A stretch of 64,000 bases of DNA from an uncultured Planctomycetota bacterium (GCA_963737655.1 CAVTTN010000002.1:4896001-4960000); one strand, 5' to 3'. Numbered from the stretch's first letter, positions 9,334 to 19,734 are shown. Numbers and translations are program-made. Notes: generated from the sequence alone by a model not told the origin.

Positions 9334-10644
9334 ATGCTCCCGGATCGCGACCGGCTCCGCGTGCTCCTCCTGGCCGAGGCCTGCCACCCCCGGTGGGCCA
9401 GCGTCCCGAGGATCGGATACAACCTCGCCCGGGCCCTGGCCGACCGGCCGGACCTGGAGATCACCCTGGCCACCCAGGTCCGCAACCGCGAGGCCCTGGA
9501 AGACGACCCGATCGCCGGGTCCGCCCGCCTGTTCTTCGCCGACTCCGAGCGGGTGGCCCGTCCGCTCTATCGGCTCGGCAAGCTCCTCCGAGGCGGCAGC
9601 ACCCTGGGCTGGACCACCATGACGGCCCTGGCCCTGCCCGCCTACCTCGCCTTCGAGGCCGCCGTCGTCCGCGAGTTCGACGACGACCTCCGCCGAGGCC
9701 GGTTCGACCTGGTCCATCGGATCACCCCGGTCTCGCCGACGATCGGCAGCCGCCTGCCGTCTCGCGGCGACGTCCCCACGGTCCTCGGGCCGCTCAACGG
9801 CGGCCTGGCCTGGCCCCGAGAGCATGGCCGGCTCTGGCGGCAGGAGCGCGAGTGGCTCGCCCCCCTCCGGCCGCTCCACCGCCTGCTCCCGTACCACCGC
9901 TCCGCCTACCGGAACGCCTCGGCGGTGCTCTACGGGAGCCGGTCCACCGGCCAGGAGATCCCCCCGGGACGCGGCCTCCGGCTCTACCTCCCGGAGAACG
10001 GGATCAATCCGGCCACGTTCCCGATCGAGGACGCCTGGAAGCCCCCGGAGACCGGGGCCCGGTTCCGCTTCCTGGCCGTCGGCCGGCTCGTCCCGTACAA
10101 GAGCTTCGACCTGATCCTCCGGGCGATGGCCGGGTCGGGAATCCTCAAGAATTGCGAGGTCCGGATCATCGGCGACGGCCCCGACCGGGCCTCTCTGGAG
10201 GCGCTTTCGGCCGAGTTCGGCCTGGGGGAGTGCGTCAAGTTCCTCGGCTGGGTGCCGCAGGAGGCCGTGGGGGAGGAGCTCCGCTCGGCCCAGGCGTTCG
10301 TCTTGCCCAGCCTCCGCGAGTTCGGCGGGGGGGCCGTCCTGGAGGCGATGGCCGCCGCGCTTCCGGCCATCGTCGTCGATTACGGAGGCCCCGGCGAGCT
10401 GATCGAGGGAGGCCGGGGCGTCCCCCTGCCCATGACCCGGGCCGAGGGGCTCGTCCCCCTGCTCCGAGACGCCATGGAGGGCCTCGCCACCGACCCCGCC
10501 CGATGCGCCGAGATCGGCGGCGCCGCCGCCAGGTTCGTCCGCGAGGCCCACACCTGGGACGCCAAGGCCGAGACGATCGTCGGCACCTACCGCCGGGTCC
10601 TGGGCATCCCCGAACGCTCGCCGGTCGGCGCGAGTCTTGCATGA
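9334..10644 (+). CDS. Glycosyltransferase family 4 (GT-B)
   Basis: VGRLVPYK, IIGDGPDR, PSLREFGGGAVLEAM, DYGGPGEL. Confidence 0.92.
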   Translation: MLPDRDRLRVLLLAEACHPRWASVPRIGYNLARALADRPDLEITLATQVRNREALEDDPIAGSARLFFADSERVARPLYRLGKLLRGGSTLGWTTMTALALPAYLAFEAAVVREFDDDLRRGRFDLVHRITPVSPTIGSRLPSRGDVPTVLGPLNGGLAWPREHGRLWRQEREWLAPLRPLHRLLPYHRSAYRNASAVLYGSRSTGQEIPPGRGLRLYLPENGINPATFPIEDAWKPPETGARFRFLAVGRLVPYKSFDLILRAMAGSGILKNCEVRIIGDGPDRASLEALSAEFGLGECVKFLGWVPQEAVGEELRSAQAFVLPSLREFGGGAVLEAMAAALPAIVVDYGGPGELIEGGRGVPLPMTRAEGLVPLLRDAMEGLATDPARCAEIGGAAARFVREAHTWDAKAETIVGTYRRVLGIPERSPVGASLA

Positions 10645-10687
10645 GAAAGGGGCCGTCCGCCCACGACGGCCGAGAGACTCAGCGACG

Positions 10688-11317
10688 ATGGCCACCGAGA
10701 CGGCAGCCGAGGAAGTCCGCGACCTCCAGTACGCCTCCGAAGGCACCGGCCCGCTCCTCCAGCGCGACTACTGGGCCGCCTTCCGGGGCGTGGACCGGTC
10801 TCCCGAGCAGGTCATCGAGGCCGTCCGGTCCCGGTTCTGCGACTTCGCCCCGCCGGAGACGGCCGCCTTCCGCCTCTGCGGCGAGGATTGCGACGGCCCC
10901 CTGGACCTGGGCAGCGAGATGGAGATCCACATCCGCCCCCTGGCGCTCTGCCGGGTCCGCGTGGTCCACCGAGACGAGCGGAGCCTGACCCTCCGCACCC
11001 TCGCCGGCCACCCGGAGGCCGGGAGGATCACCTTCGGCTCGTATCGGGACGACGCCGGCACCCTGGCGTTTCGCATCCGCAGCCGGACTCGCCAGGCCGG
11101 CTTGCTGCACTATCTGGGGTTCCTCCTGATCGGCAAGCAGATGCAGTCGCGATGCTGGATCAAGTTCATCGGCCGGCTCGCCGAGATCCTCGGCGGGCAA
11201 GTCGAGGACACGATCCACGTCCGAACCCGGACCACCCGGGACCGACCGGCCGACTGGGGCGCCGCCGACGAACCGACCTTCCCCACGCCCGAGGTCGTCC
11301 CCGACGGCCGGTCCTGA
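10688..11317 (+). CDS. DUF1990-like (SRPBCC-type) protein
   Basis: TL.GHPEAGRITF motif. The start could be 10637. Confidence 0.65.
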   Translation: MATETAAEEVRDLQYASEGTGPLLQRDYWAAFRGVDRSPEQVIEAVRSRFCDFAPPETAAFRLCGEDCDGPLDLGSEMEIHIRPLALCRVRVVHRDERSLTLRTLAGHPEAGRITFGSYRDDAGTLAFRIRSRTRQAGLLHYLGFLLIGKQMQSRCWIKFIGRLAEILGGQVEDTIHVRTRTTRDRPADWGAADEPTFPTPEVVPDGRS

Positions 11318-11345
11318 GCTCCGCCACCGGAACAGGGAGGGATTC

Positions 11346-12049
11346 ATGGCCGTGTGGCGATTCGGGCGAGGCTGGACGGACGACGAGCTCAAGGCCCACC
11401 TGGCCGGGCTCGCGTCCCGGACCGTCAACTTCGACGTTCCCCCGAGCCAGATGACCCGCCAGAACGGCTGGACCATCGACGGCCGGGAGGAAGTCCCGAT
11501 CGGCACCGAGCCCCGGGCCCCCCTCTCGGTGATGGCTTCTACGCCCGGGCCAGGCAGGCGATCATCAACTACGACTTCTCCGACCCGACCATCGTCGTCG
11601 GCCACTTCGACCCGAACACCCCGTTCGTGGGGCGAGACATCTTGCTGGAAATGAAGGTGATGGGCTTCCGGTTCCTCAGCGGATGCCGGGTCCATTCCGT
11701 CAGGGAGGAGACCGACGAATCCGGGACCACCTTCGGATTCCGCTACGACACCTTGCAGGGGCACATCGAGCAAGGGTTCGAGTGGTTCCTGCTGGTCAAG
11801 GAGCACGAATCGGGGAAGATCCACTTCACCATCGAGGCCCACTGGAGGCTCGGCGACTTCCCCAACCTCTGGAGCAAGGCCGGCTTTTACGTGATGGGCG
11901 AGCACTACCGCAAGCTCTGGAGGCAACGCGCCCCGGAACGGCTCCGAAGGCTCGCCCACCAGCCCGAAGCCGCGCCGGTCGCCGAACCCGGCCAGCTCGC
12001 CCACCGGGGCGACGAGACGCCCGTCCGGACCGGGCCGCCAGGCTCGTAG
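11346..12049 (+). CDS. DUF1990 family protein; frameshift at ~11512
   Basis: FGFRYDTLQGHIEQGFEWF motif. One missing C in the run at 11511-11514 joins the frames. The TAG stop is part of a GTAG repeat. Confidence 0.75.
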
Positions 12050-12207
12050 GGTGCATGCAATGCACCAACCAGGCGGCGGCCGACGGCCGCCATCCTTTTC
12101 CCCATCTCCCAAGCACGCGAAATGACGAGGTGGTGGGCGGCCTTCGGCGGCCAAGCCGTCGGCGCATTGCATGCACCGGGCATGACGGTGCATTGCATGC
12201 ACCCTAC
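12046..12207. repeat. GTAG-type REP cluster/REPIN, family B (GTAGGGTGCATGCAATGCACC)
   Basis: Inverted units at 12046-12066 and 12187-12207, plus a partial unit at 12161-12177. Fills the whole convergent intergenic space. Confidence 0.9.
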
Positions 12208-13271
12208 ACGTCCCCGAGCTGCTCTCGCCGGTCGTGGTGGATCAGGGCCGTCGTCAACGGCTGCAATTCGCCCTGGATGATCCGGTCGAGGTTGTACAGG
12301 GTCAGGCCGATCCGGTGGTCGGTCATCCGGTTCTGGGGGAAGTTGTAGGTGCGGATGCGTTGCGAGCGGTCGCCCGAGCCGATCAGGGTCCGGCGCTGCT
12401 CGGCCCGTTCGTTCTGGGCCTTCTCCTGGATCGAATCGAAGATGCGGCTTCGGAGGAGCCTCAACGCCTTGGCGCGATTCTTGTGCTGGCTGCGTTCGTC
12501 CCGGCAGACGACGACCGTGCCGGTGGGCAAATGCGTCATCCTCACGGCGCTGGCCGTCTTGTTCTGGTGCTGGCCTCCGGGGCCTCCGGCGGTCATGGTA
12601 TCGACCTGGAGGTCTTCGGGGCGGATCACCACGTCCACTTCCTCGGGCTCGGCCAGGACGGCCACCGTGGCGGCGGAGGTGTGGATCCGGCCCTGGGTCT
12701 CGGTCTCGGGGACTCGCTGCACGCGATGCCCGCCGGATTCGAACTGGAGGTGGCGGAACGCCCCGTCGCCCGAGACGCTGAAGCTCGCCTCGCGGAACCC
12801 GCCCAGCTCGGTCGGCACGAATTCCAGGGGCTCGAACTTCCAGCCCATGATCTCGGCATAGCGGCGGTACATTTCGAGGAGATCCCGAGCGAACAGGGCC
12901 GCTTCGTCGCCGCCGGTGCCGGCGCGAATCTCCATGATCAGGCTGGGCCGATCGGTCCCGGCGGTGCGATCATAAAGCAGGTTGCGGAGGCCCTCGGCGA
13001 CCTCCGATTCCTCGGCGCGAAGGGCCTGGACCTCGGCCTCGGCGTAGGACCTCATCTCGGAGTCGGACTCGGCCTCCAGCATCGCCTCGGCCTCGGCGAC
13101 CTTGCGGCCGAGTTCGAGGTATCGGCCGTAAGGCAGGGCGATCTTGGCCAGAGTGCCCCGCTCCTTGGCCAGCGCGGCGACCCTCGCCGGGTCGGCCGAG
13201 ACGCCCGGATCGAGCAGGGCGGCCTCGATTTCCAGGAACCGGCGATAATCGCTGTGGAGCTTGTCGAACAC
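12204..13271 (-). CDS. prfA: Peptide chain release factor 1
   Basis: [28 protein letters not shown] (PxT motif of RF1), [16 protein letters not shown]. Confidence 0.97.
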   Translation of the reverse strand: MFDKLHSDYRRFLEIEAALLDPGVSADPARVAALAKERGTLAKIALPYGRYLELGRKVAEAEAMLEAESDSEMRSYAEAEVQALRAEESEVAEGLRNLLYDRTAGTDRPSLIMEIRAGTGGDEAALFARDLLEMYRRYAEIMGWKFEPLEFVPTELGGFREASFSVSGDGAFRHLQFESGGHRVQRVPETETQGRIHTSAATVAVLAEPEEVDVVIRPEDLQVDTMTAGGPGGQHQNKTASAVRMTHLPTGTVVVCRDERSQHKNRAKALRLLRSRIFDSIQEKAQNERAEQRRTLIGSGDRSQRIRTYNFPQNRMTDHRIGLTLYNLDRIIQGELQPLTTALIHHDRREQLGDV

Positions 13272-13284
13272 GGGTCGTCTCGGG

Positions 13285-13530
13285 TCACACGGTCGCCAGG
13301 GACGGTCTCGGGCCGATCAGCTCATCAACCTGGCCGCGATCCTGGAGCCACGCCGTATCGCCCCGCTCGGCATGCTCGGCGACTTCCCGGACGAACTCCA
13401 CGGTCTCCGACTCGTAGCAAGGCCCGTCGGGATCGTCGGGCGGGATCACCATCTCGACCTCGACGGCCACCACGAATCGGCCGCCACGGATGAGCCTGGT
13501 CGTCTTGAATCGTTCCCCGGCGATTCGCAT
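13285..13530 (-). CDS. Small hypothetical protein (possible orphan antitoxin-like)
   Basis: 81-aa ORF co-directional between rpmE2 and prfA, with globular composition ([11 protein letters not shown]...[10 protein letters not shown]). Confidence 0.6.
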   Translation of the reverse strand: MRIAGERFKTTRLIRGGRFVVAVEVEMVIPPDDPDGPCYESETVEFVREVAEHAERGDTAWLQDRGQVDELIGPRPSLATV

Positions 13531-13641
13531 CGTTCATCACCGGTCGAGGAAATGGACCGTGACTAGCGTCGAAAAGCTGGCCCATCATCGATCCCAACTC
13601 GAATCGAGCTGATCCTCGACCGGCCCACGATCACCGAGCGG

Positions 13642-13941
13642 CTACCCCTTCGCGGCGCCTTCCTTCTCCTTGGCGGCGTCCTTCTTGGCCTTGCCGTAGG
13701 TGCCCTGGAACTTCTTGTTGAACTTGTCCACCCGGCCGGCGGTGTCCACGAACTTCTGGGTGCCGGTGTAGAACGGGTGGCTGGCGCTGGAGACGTCCAC
13801 CGTCACCAGGGGGTACGTCTGGCCGTCCTCGAACTCGATCGTCTGATTGGTGCGGATCGTCGAGCGGGTCAGGAAGGTGAAGCCGGAGGAGGCGTCCTTG
13901 AAGACCACCGGGCGGTAGTTGGGGTGGATGCCGTCTTTCAT
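13642..13941 (-). CDS. rpmE2: 50S ribosomal protein L31 type B (zinc-free)
   Basis: [43 protein letters not shown]. No CxxC motifs. Confidence 0.96.
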   Translation of the reverse strand: MKDGIHPNYRPVVFKDASSGFTFLTRSTIRTNQTIEFEDGQTYPLVTVDVSSASHPFYTGTQKFVDTAGRVDKFNKKFQGTYGKAKKDAAKEKEGAAKG

Positions 13942-14017
13942 CGCGGGGCGTCCTTCGGGCAAAAAAGCGAGACCGAGGCGGTTCTCTGGGGATCGGGTCG
14001 GCAACGGCGGACGGAGC

Positions 14018-14611
14018 TTACGGCTTGACCTTGTTGGCCTTGGGCGAATCATTATGCCCCGGGACGGGCTTTCCGTCCAGGAGGGCCCGGGCGGCCTTCT
14101 CGACGTCGTCGTAGGTGAACGGGTGGTCGGCGTCGTCGCCCGAGTAGCGGAAGATCTCCTTGCCGTCGGGCCCGAAGAAGAAGACGGCGGGCACCCCGCC
14201 GACCTTGAGCTTCTCGAACGCCTCGGTCGGCTCCTCGTCCAGGACGTAGTTGGGGAAGACCGCGCCCTTGCTCTGGAGGAACTTCTTGACCTCGGCCATC
14301 GCCTTGGGCTCGGTCGGGTCGTCCAGCGACAGGGAGACGACGGCCAGGCCCTGGTCGGCGTACTTCTTGTGCATCTCGACGACGTGGGGGAAGTTCTCCT
14401 TGCACGGGCCGCACCAGGTGGCCCAGGCATCGACCATCGTGATCTTGGCCTTCTTGTTGGCGGCGATCCTGGCGAGGTATTTGTCGAACTTCACGGCCTC
14501 GACCTTCACCTCGGAAGCCGGGGCCGGTGCCGGGGCCTTGTCGCCGTCATCGGCGCAGGCGTTCAGGGCGAGGGCCGAGATCGCGACCGAGGCCGTCAGG
14601 GCGAATCGCAT
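14018..14611 (-). CDS. TlpA-family thiol-disulfide oxidoreductase, probable lipoprotein
   Basis: Signal peptide ending [12 protein letters not shown] active site, cis-Pro loop GVP. Confidence 0.88.
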   Translation of the reverse strand: MRFALTASVAISALALNACADDGDKAPAPAPASEVKVEAVKFDKYLARIAANKKAKITMVDAWATWCGPCKENFPHVVEMHKKYADQGLAVVSLSLDDPTEPKAMAEVKKFLQSKGAVFPNYVLDEEPTEAFEKLKVGGVPAVFFFGPDGKEIFRYSGDDADHPFTYDDVEKAARALLDGKPVPGHNDSPKANKVKP

Positions 14612-14741
14612 GGCATGCGGTCCTTCGGGAAGGGTGACCGTTCGGTTCGGGAAGGACGAACGCCCGCCGCCGAAGGATGGTTCGGCGGCGGGCGCGGGGA
14701 TCATCGATCGAGCGATCGGATCTCGTTCAGCTTCGCTCCGC

Positions 14742-15326
14742 TCAGCGGGCGTACTTGATGCCGCAACCGCGAGGGGCGGTCTCGGAGGTCGGGACGTCCT
14801 TGCCGGCGAGCAGGGCGTCGACGGCGTCCTTGACGTAGGTCTTCTTGACCTTGCTCTCGCTCTGGTTGTCGTCCAGGGCGCCGTGGTAGCGGATGGTCCG
14901 GGTCTTGTCCAGGACGAAGAACTCGGGGGTGCGGGTGGCGCCGTATTCCTTGCCGATCTTGCCGGACTCGTCGTAGCCGTAGACGTAGTTGAAGCCCTTC
15001 TCCTTGGCCTTGTCCTTGATGGCCGGGAGGCGGTCCTCGTCGATGTCGTTGACGCAGACGCCGACGACCTTGACGCTCTTGCCCTTGTAGGCGTTGGTCA
15101 GGTCGATGACGCGGTCGTCATAGGCCTGGACGACCGGGCAATGGTTGCCGAGGAAGACCAGGACGACGACGTCTTCCTTGATGTCCGGCAGGCTCAGGCT
15201 GGCTTCCTGGCCGTTGATCGTGGCCGGGATGCCCGAGAACGTCGGGGCCTTGTCGCCGACCTTCGCGCCGGCGAAGACGGGGCTGGCGAGGGCCACCAGG
15301 GCCAGGGACAGGACGATCTTCCGCAT
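14742..15326 (-). CDS. Exported thioredoxin-fold redoxin (AhpC/TSA-like)
   Basis: Signal peptide, GDKAP.F, NHCP, YGATRTPEFFV, Y.G..DD, C-terminal GCGIK. Confidence 0.9.
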   Translation of the reverse strand: MRKIVLSLALVALASPVFAGAKVGDKAPTFSGIPATINGQEASLSLPDIKEDVVVLVFLGNHCPVVQAYDDRVIDLTNAYKGKSVKVVGVCVNDIDEDRLPAIKDKAKEKGFNYVYGYDESGKIGKEYGATRTPEFFVLDKTRTIRYHGALDDNQSESKVKKTYVKDAVDALLAGKDVPTSETAPRGCGIKYAR

Positions 15327-15621
15327 CGTGGGAACTCCTCCAAGGTAGTGAGACCGCGGCCAAAAGGGCGAGCATTCGCCCCGGGCCTATTCCCTCTCCC
15401 CTCCCCGGCCATCCCCGGGTCGGGGCCTCTGGGCGGGTTCGAGACCTCGGTGAGATATTCGAGGACGCTTTCGGAGCTTCTCACAGAGGGTTCAGCGTCA
15501 TTGGTCGGCGGGTCGGCCCGGATCTGACAACGCCTCTTCTGGAATTCTCGCATCGCCCGCAGAGCGAAAATACGCGGACGACGCCCCGGCGTCAACCACC
15601 CGTCCCGGAGAAACCGACCGG

Positions 15622-16437
15622 TCAACTCGTCGGAGACCGTCCCGCGACCCAGGCCGAGGCGTTGGCGATCAGTTGCCGGACGGCCGGATGGAACAGGACG
15701 GGGAAGCCGTCGTGACCGGGGCGGAGGAAGGCCACCCGGCCCTTGCCGACGGTCCAGGTCAGGCCGCTCCGGAACGTCCCTCCGCCGTCCCAGGCCGAGG
15801 TGAAGACGACCGCCTCGGGCTCGGGCACGGCGAACGGCTCGGAGAACGCCGCGGTCTTGGGGATCGTGAACGAGCCCACCCCCCGGGCGATCGGGTGTTC
15901 GGGCCGGAGGATCGTGACGTGCTCGGGCATGCCGTCGTCCCGCCACGCCCTGGGCGAGCACATCGGGCCGAGCAAGGCGCGGAACGGCTTGCTGGCGTAC
16001 GAGCCGTGGAGGGCGACCAGGCCGAGCTTGCCGGCCCTCACCCGCTCGACGATGGCCCGGGCCCGCGATTCGGGCAGGTCGTCGTGGCGGAGCCGGCCCC
16101 ACCAGACCAGGGCGTCGGTCCGGTCCAGCTCGGCGTCGGTGAGGCCGGAGTCGGCATGGTCCAGCCGGCCCCGGGTCGCCACGAACCCCTTGCGGCGGGC
16201 GAGGTCCGCGGCGATCGCGCCGTCCACGTCCCGGGGATAGATCGCCCGGGGGGCGGTCCCCTCGCACCAGACCTTCACGCGGATCGGCGAGGAGGCCGGG
16301 TTCGGGTTCGGGCCGCCGTCGAGGGCCAGGGCATCCCGGGCCAGGCCCATCGCGGCGGCGAAGGCCGCGCCCTGGACGAACCGACGACGACCGATCGAGG
16401 GCGGTGAGGGCGAGTCGGCGGGAATCTCGGGGGGCAT
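15622..16437 (-). CDS. ThuA-like (trehalose utilisation, class I GAT fold) protein with Tat signal
   Basis: RRRFVQGAA twin-arginine signal, D.LVWWG..H, LVALH, HPI.RG, FRSG.T...GKG.....RPGH. Confidence 0.82.
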   Translation of the reverse strand: MPPEIPADSPSPPSIGRRRFVQGAAFAAAMGLARDALALDGGPNPNPASSPIRVKVWCEGTAPRAIYPRDVDGAIAADLARRKGFVATRGRLDHADSGLTDAELDRTDALVWWGRLRHDDLPESRARAIVERVRAGKLGLVALHGSYASKPFRALLGPMCSPRAWRDDGMPEHVTILRPEHPIARGVGSFTIPKTAAFSEPFAVPEPEAVVFTSAWDGGGTFRSGLTWTVGKGRVAFLRPGHDGFPVLFHPAVRQLIANASAWVAGRSPTS

Positions 16438-16609
16438 GGCCGGTCCGGGGAGTGGGGCGGTCACGGACGATCCGGGAGGGCGGAGCCGCCGAGCTTCGGG
16501 CGGGCCTCCGTGGGTGAAATCCGGGCAGGATGGAAATCGTAATCCGTGGATGGGGCCATCGCAAGGGGGCAATCCGGCGGGCGTTCGGATTTCTCGGAGA
16601 AGCGGCGGG

Positions 16610-16996
16610 TCACTCCCGGAGGCGGAAGGCCCGGGGCAGGAGCTCGTCGAGCCGGAACCGGCCCACGCCATCGACGAACACCGGGGTTTCCGGGGCCGCG
16701 AACTCGGCCAAAACCTGGCGACACGCCCCGCACGGCATCTTCAGGCCGGGGTCGGCGTCGCTCGGGGCGTCCACGCAGGCCACGGCGATGGCCTCGATCG
16801 GCCCCGCACCGGCGAGGATGGCGGCGAACGCGGCGGTCCGTTCGGCGCAGACGGTCAGCCCATACGAGGCGTTCTCCACGTTCGCGCCGACGAAGACCCG
16901 GCCGCCCGCGAGGACGGCCGCGCCGACGTGGAAGTTCGAGTAAGGGCAATAGGCCGATCGGCTCGCGTCGCGGGCGGCCTGGACCAGGGATTCCAT
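16610..16996 (-). CDS. cdd: Cytidine deaminase
   Basis: AY.PYS.F.VGAA, NVENASYGLTVCAE, PCGACRQ, LLP.AF. Confidence 0.96.
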   Translation of the reverse strand: MESLVQAARDASRSAYCPYSNFHVGAAVLAGGRVFVGANVENASYGLTVCAERTAAFAAILAGAGPIEAIAVACVDAPSDADPGLKMPCGACRQVLAEFAAPETPVFVDGVGRFRLDELLPRAFRLRE

Positions 16997-17091
16997 CGGC
17001 GGACGGCTCCGGCGGGTCGGGTCGGCTCAAGCACGACGGACCGATCTTACCCGAGACGGCGCCCCGCGTCTCATCCGGCCCCTGGTTCGGT

Positions 17092-17210
17092 CGGGTGGCA
17101 TGTTTGGTAGAAAACCTCGTTGAGACTGAGGAAACGAGTAGGCCCGACTGAAGTCGGACCTACTCGATCGACCTGTTCGATCGGGGTCTTCTACCGAGCG
17201 ATTCCACCCG
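17092..17210. repeat. Palindromic element family A copy 2 (single REP core)
   Basis: Core cgagtaggcccgactgaagtcggacctactcg at 17135-17166. Outer arms cgggtgg..ggtagaaaacc / ggtcttctacc..ccacccg. Confidence 0.85.
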
Positions 17211-17247
17211 GTTTTCCATGACTCCGAGCGTCCCCATCGATCCGGGA

Positions 17248-17955
17248 TCACTCGCCGATCTTGTTGTTGTGGATGTCGTCGCCGGCGGCGTGGTCGACGA
17301 AGTGCCAGGAGAGCTCCTCCATGACGACCTTCATGAAGGTGTTCTTGAACGTGGTCCGGCTCACGCCCGACTCGATCGGCCGCCCGCCGGTGGTGGGGAA
17401 CTGGGTGATCCGGTCCCCTTCGTAGATCACGTTGGATTCCTTGGGCTTGTCGGTCAGGGGCTTGCCGCGGTCGTCCTTGGGGTAATCCAGCTCGGTGACC
17501 TGGATGTGGATGTTGGACTGGCCTTGAAGGAGTTCGAGGTCGCGCGGGGTCTGGACCTGGAATTGCTGGATTTCGAGGAAGATGACGACGTCCGCCTCGA
17601 AGGCGCGGGCGGCCTCGGCCGGGTCGGTCAGGCTGGGCTTGGTCCGGGCCCAGTCGCGGACCTTCTCGGGGTCCACCACGTCGATCTTCTTGATCTCCTT
17701 GCGGAGGATCGGCACGAGCTTGTCGGTGATCTCGCGGTCGATGGCCGGGTAGTCCGACTGCGCCACGTTGGCCGTCAGGACGACGACCCTCTTGCCCTTC
17801 AGGGGCGGGCACGGCGGCGGGATCTTCGGCTCCAGGGGCTGGAGAAAGTACATGGCCTGTCGCGGGTCGCACCCGGCGATCAGGGCCGTGACCGAGGCCA
17901 GGCAGGCGAGCCCGACGACGGCCCGACGCATCCTTGCGAGCGGCCCAGGGGTCAT
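17248..17955 (-). CDS. Hypothetical lipoprotein
   Basis: Hydrophobic signal with lipobox LIAGC and a globular alpha/beta body. Confidence 0.8.
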   Translation of the reverse strand: MTPGPLARMRRAVVGLACLASVTALIAGCDPRQAMYFLQPLEPKIPPPCPPLKGKRVVVLTANVAQSDYPAIDREITDKLVPILRKEIKKIDVVDPEKVRDWARTKPSLTDPAEAARAFEADVVIFLEIQQFQVQTPRDLELLQGQSNIHIQVTELDYPKDDRGKPLTDKPKESNVIYEGDRITQFPTTGGRPIESGVSRTTFKNTFMKVVMEELSWHFVDHAAGDDIHNNKIGE

Positions 17956-18027
17956 CCGTAACCCTCCGAGAAAAGAGGAATCGGCGCTCAGGCCGACGGG
18001 ATCGATGCGATCAGGGATTGGCGAGGG

Positions 18028-18468
18028 TCAGGGGCCACGAGACAGGCGGACCGCCCAGTTGACCAAACCGAGGGCGACGAATCCGAGGACCAAGACCATC
18101 AGCGGGGCATCCGCCGAGCGGAACGGCCGGGGCGATCCCCGGGCCGAGGCCACGGCCAGCCACGCGGCCGCGAGCAGGCAGATCGGGGCGATCACGGCGC
18201 CGGCCGGGTTCGCCGACCACGCCCGATCGAGCCGGCCTCGCGAGGCCCAGGAGAACGCCGTGGTCATCCCGCACGACGGGCAGGGTTGGCCCGTCAACTC
18301 CCGGAACGTGCAGGGGCTCAGGCCGAGCTGCGAATGGGTCCCGAAGCCCCGGGGGTCGGGCTTCAGCGCCCGAGCCAGCCCCAGGACCACGACGATCGCG
18401 GCGGCCAGGGCCGCCAGCGCGAGCCTCGACCTCGGGCCGAGCCGCTCGACCTTCGGGGACATCGCCAT
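18028..18468 (-). CDS. DUF2752 domain membrane protein
   Basis: C.F...TG.PCP.CGMT.A and NP motif, flanked by TM helices. Confidence 0.88.
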   Translation of the reverse strand: MAMSPKVERLGPRSRLALAALAAAIVVVLGLARALKPDPRGFGTHSQLGLSPCTFRELTGQPCPSCGMTTAFSWASRGRLDRAWSANPAGAVIAPICLLAAAWLAVASARGSPRPFRSADAPLMVLVLGFVALGLVNWAVRLSRGP

Positions 18469-18685
18469 CCGCTCGCTCGGGGTGCGTCGGGGGCCAACCG
18501 GCCCCCGGTCCAGACATGCGACGCCACCATAGCCCGGATCGCCCGGCGAGGCAAGGGGAGTCGCGGAACCGAGCGGGGCCATTTCCTTGGACCGACCCAG
18601 CGGGCCACGCCGAGGAAACGGCCCTGTGGAATGGATCGGGGCCGCGTCCTCCTCGGCGACGCGCCCGGAGCGGCGCGGATCCGCC

Positions 18686-19702
18686 TCAGGAGAACTCGGC
18701 CAGGACCACCGTCACGTCGTCGGCCGGTCCGTCGCCCGGGGCGGCCATCGCCATCGCGGCCGAGACTCGTTGCTGGGGCGACCGGGCGTCCTTCGGGCCG
18801 ACGAGATCCACCAGGCCGGCGAGGCCGTGGCCGGCGTCTCCCCACCTCGTCGATTCGATGCCGTCGCTGAACACCAAAAGACGATCTCCCGGGAGAAGGG
18901 GGACGGTCTCTTGCCGGAATTCGGCCTCGTAGACGCCCAGGAGAGGCCCGCCTTCGCCCAGGGGGCGGGGCGGCCCGTCGCCTCGGAGGAGGAGGGCCGG
19001 CGGGTGGCCTCCGCAGCAATACGTGAGCGACGGGCCGGTCAGGTCGATCACCCCGTAGAACATCGTCACGAACGGGCTCTCGGCGAAGTCCGCCTCCATG
19101 AGGTCTCGACTCAGGCCGTCGAGCACCTCCGAGGGCTGGATGATCTCGTACGACGAGCCCTCGATCTTCTTCATCCTCAGCCCCTGCATGGCGAAGACCC
19201 CGAGCAGCGCCGCGGCCGGGCCGTGGCCCATGACGTCGCCCAGGCAGATGGCGAGGTGGTCGCGGTCGAGCCGGGTGATGTTGTAGAAGTCCCCGGCGAG
19301 GTGGAGGCTCGGCCGGAGCGAGGCGCCGAAGGCCACGTTGGGGAGGTCCGGCAGGGTCCGGGGGAGCATGCTCCTCTGGACCCTCTCGGCCAGGCGGAGC
19401 TCGCGGACCAGGACGTCATGCCGCTCGCGGAGGGACCGGGCGGACCTCGGGCGCTTCGGGGCGGCCAGGGACTTGCCCTGGGCCGTCGCGGCGTTGCCGG
19501 GGGCGGAGAACCGCCGACGGACGCCCGGGAACCTCCGGGAGATCGGCTCGGCGACGATCCGAGGGGCCATCGGCCGGGACGGCGGGTCGATCCGGGCCGC
19601 GAGTCTCGCGGGGGGGAGCCAGGCGGCCGACGACGCGGCCAGCCGGGTGAGGGTCTCGATCATCGGGGCGAAGTCCTGGGCGGTGACTCGCGATATCTCC
19701 AC
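18686..19702 (-). CDS. PP2C/SpoIIE-type (RsbU-like) protein phosphatase
   Basis: A..VQ.SMLP, GDFY, GDVMGHG..AAL, FVT, GHPP, SDGI, DDVT. The start is uncertain. Confidence 0.9.
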   Translation of the reverse strand: MEISRVTAQDFAPMIETLTRLAASSAAWLPPARLAARIDPPSRPMAPRIVAEPISRRFPGVRRRFSAPGNAATAQGKSLAAPKRPRSARSLRERHDVLVRELRLAERVQRSMLPRTLPDLPNVAFGASLRPSLHLAGDFYNITRLDRDHLAICLGDVMGHGPAAALLGVFAMQGLRMKKIEGSSYEIIQPSEVLDGLSRDLMEADFAESPFVTMFYGVIDLTGPSLTYCCGGHPPALLLRGDGPPRPLGEGGPLLGVYEAEFRQETVPLLPGDRLLVFSDGIESTRWGDAGHGLAGLVDLVGPKDARSPQQRVSAAMAMAAPGDGPADDVTVVLAEFS

Positions 19703-19734
19703 GAGTCACCGTAGGTCACGCCCGACCCGCGGGC

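Noticed and set aside
12204..13271. prfB-type programmed frameshift
   Set aside because: The ORF is continuous and has the RF1 PxT motif, not the RF2 SPF motif.
13642..14430. 262-aa extended L31
   Set aside because: The extension is an alternative frame of the upstream TlpA gene. The real start is MKDGIHP at 13941.
15420..15460. tRNA suggested by GGTTCGAG
   Set aside because: No proper T-stem pairing, cloverleaf or acceptor stem.
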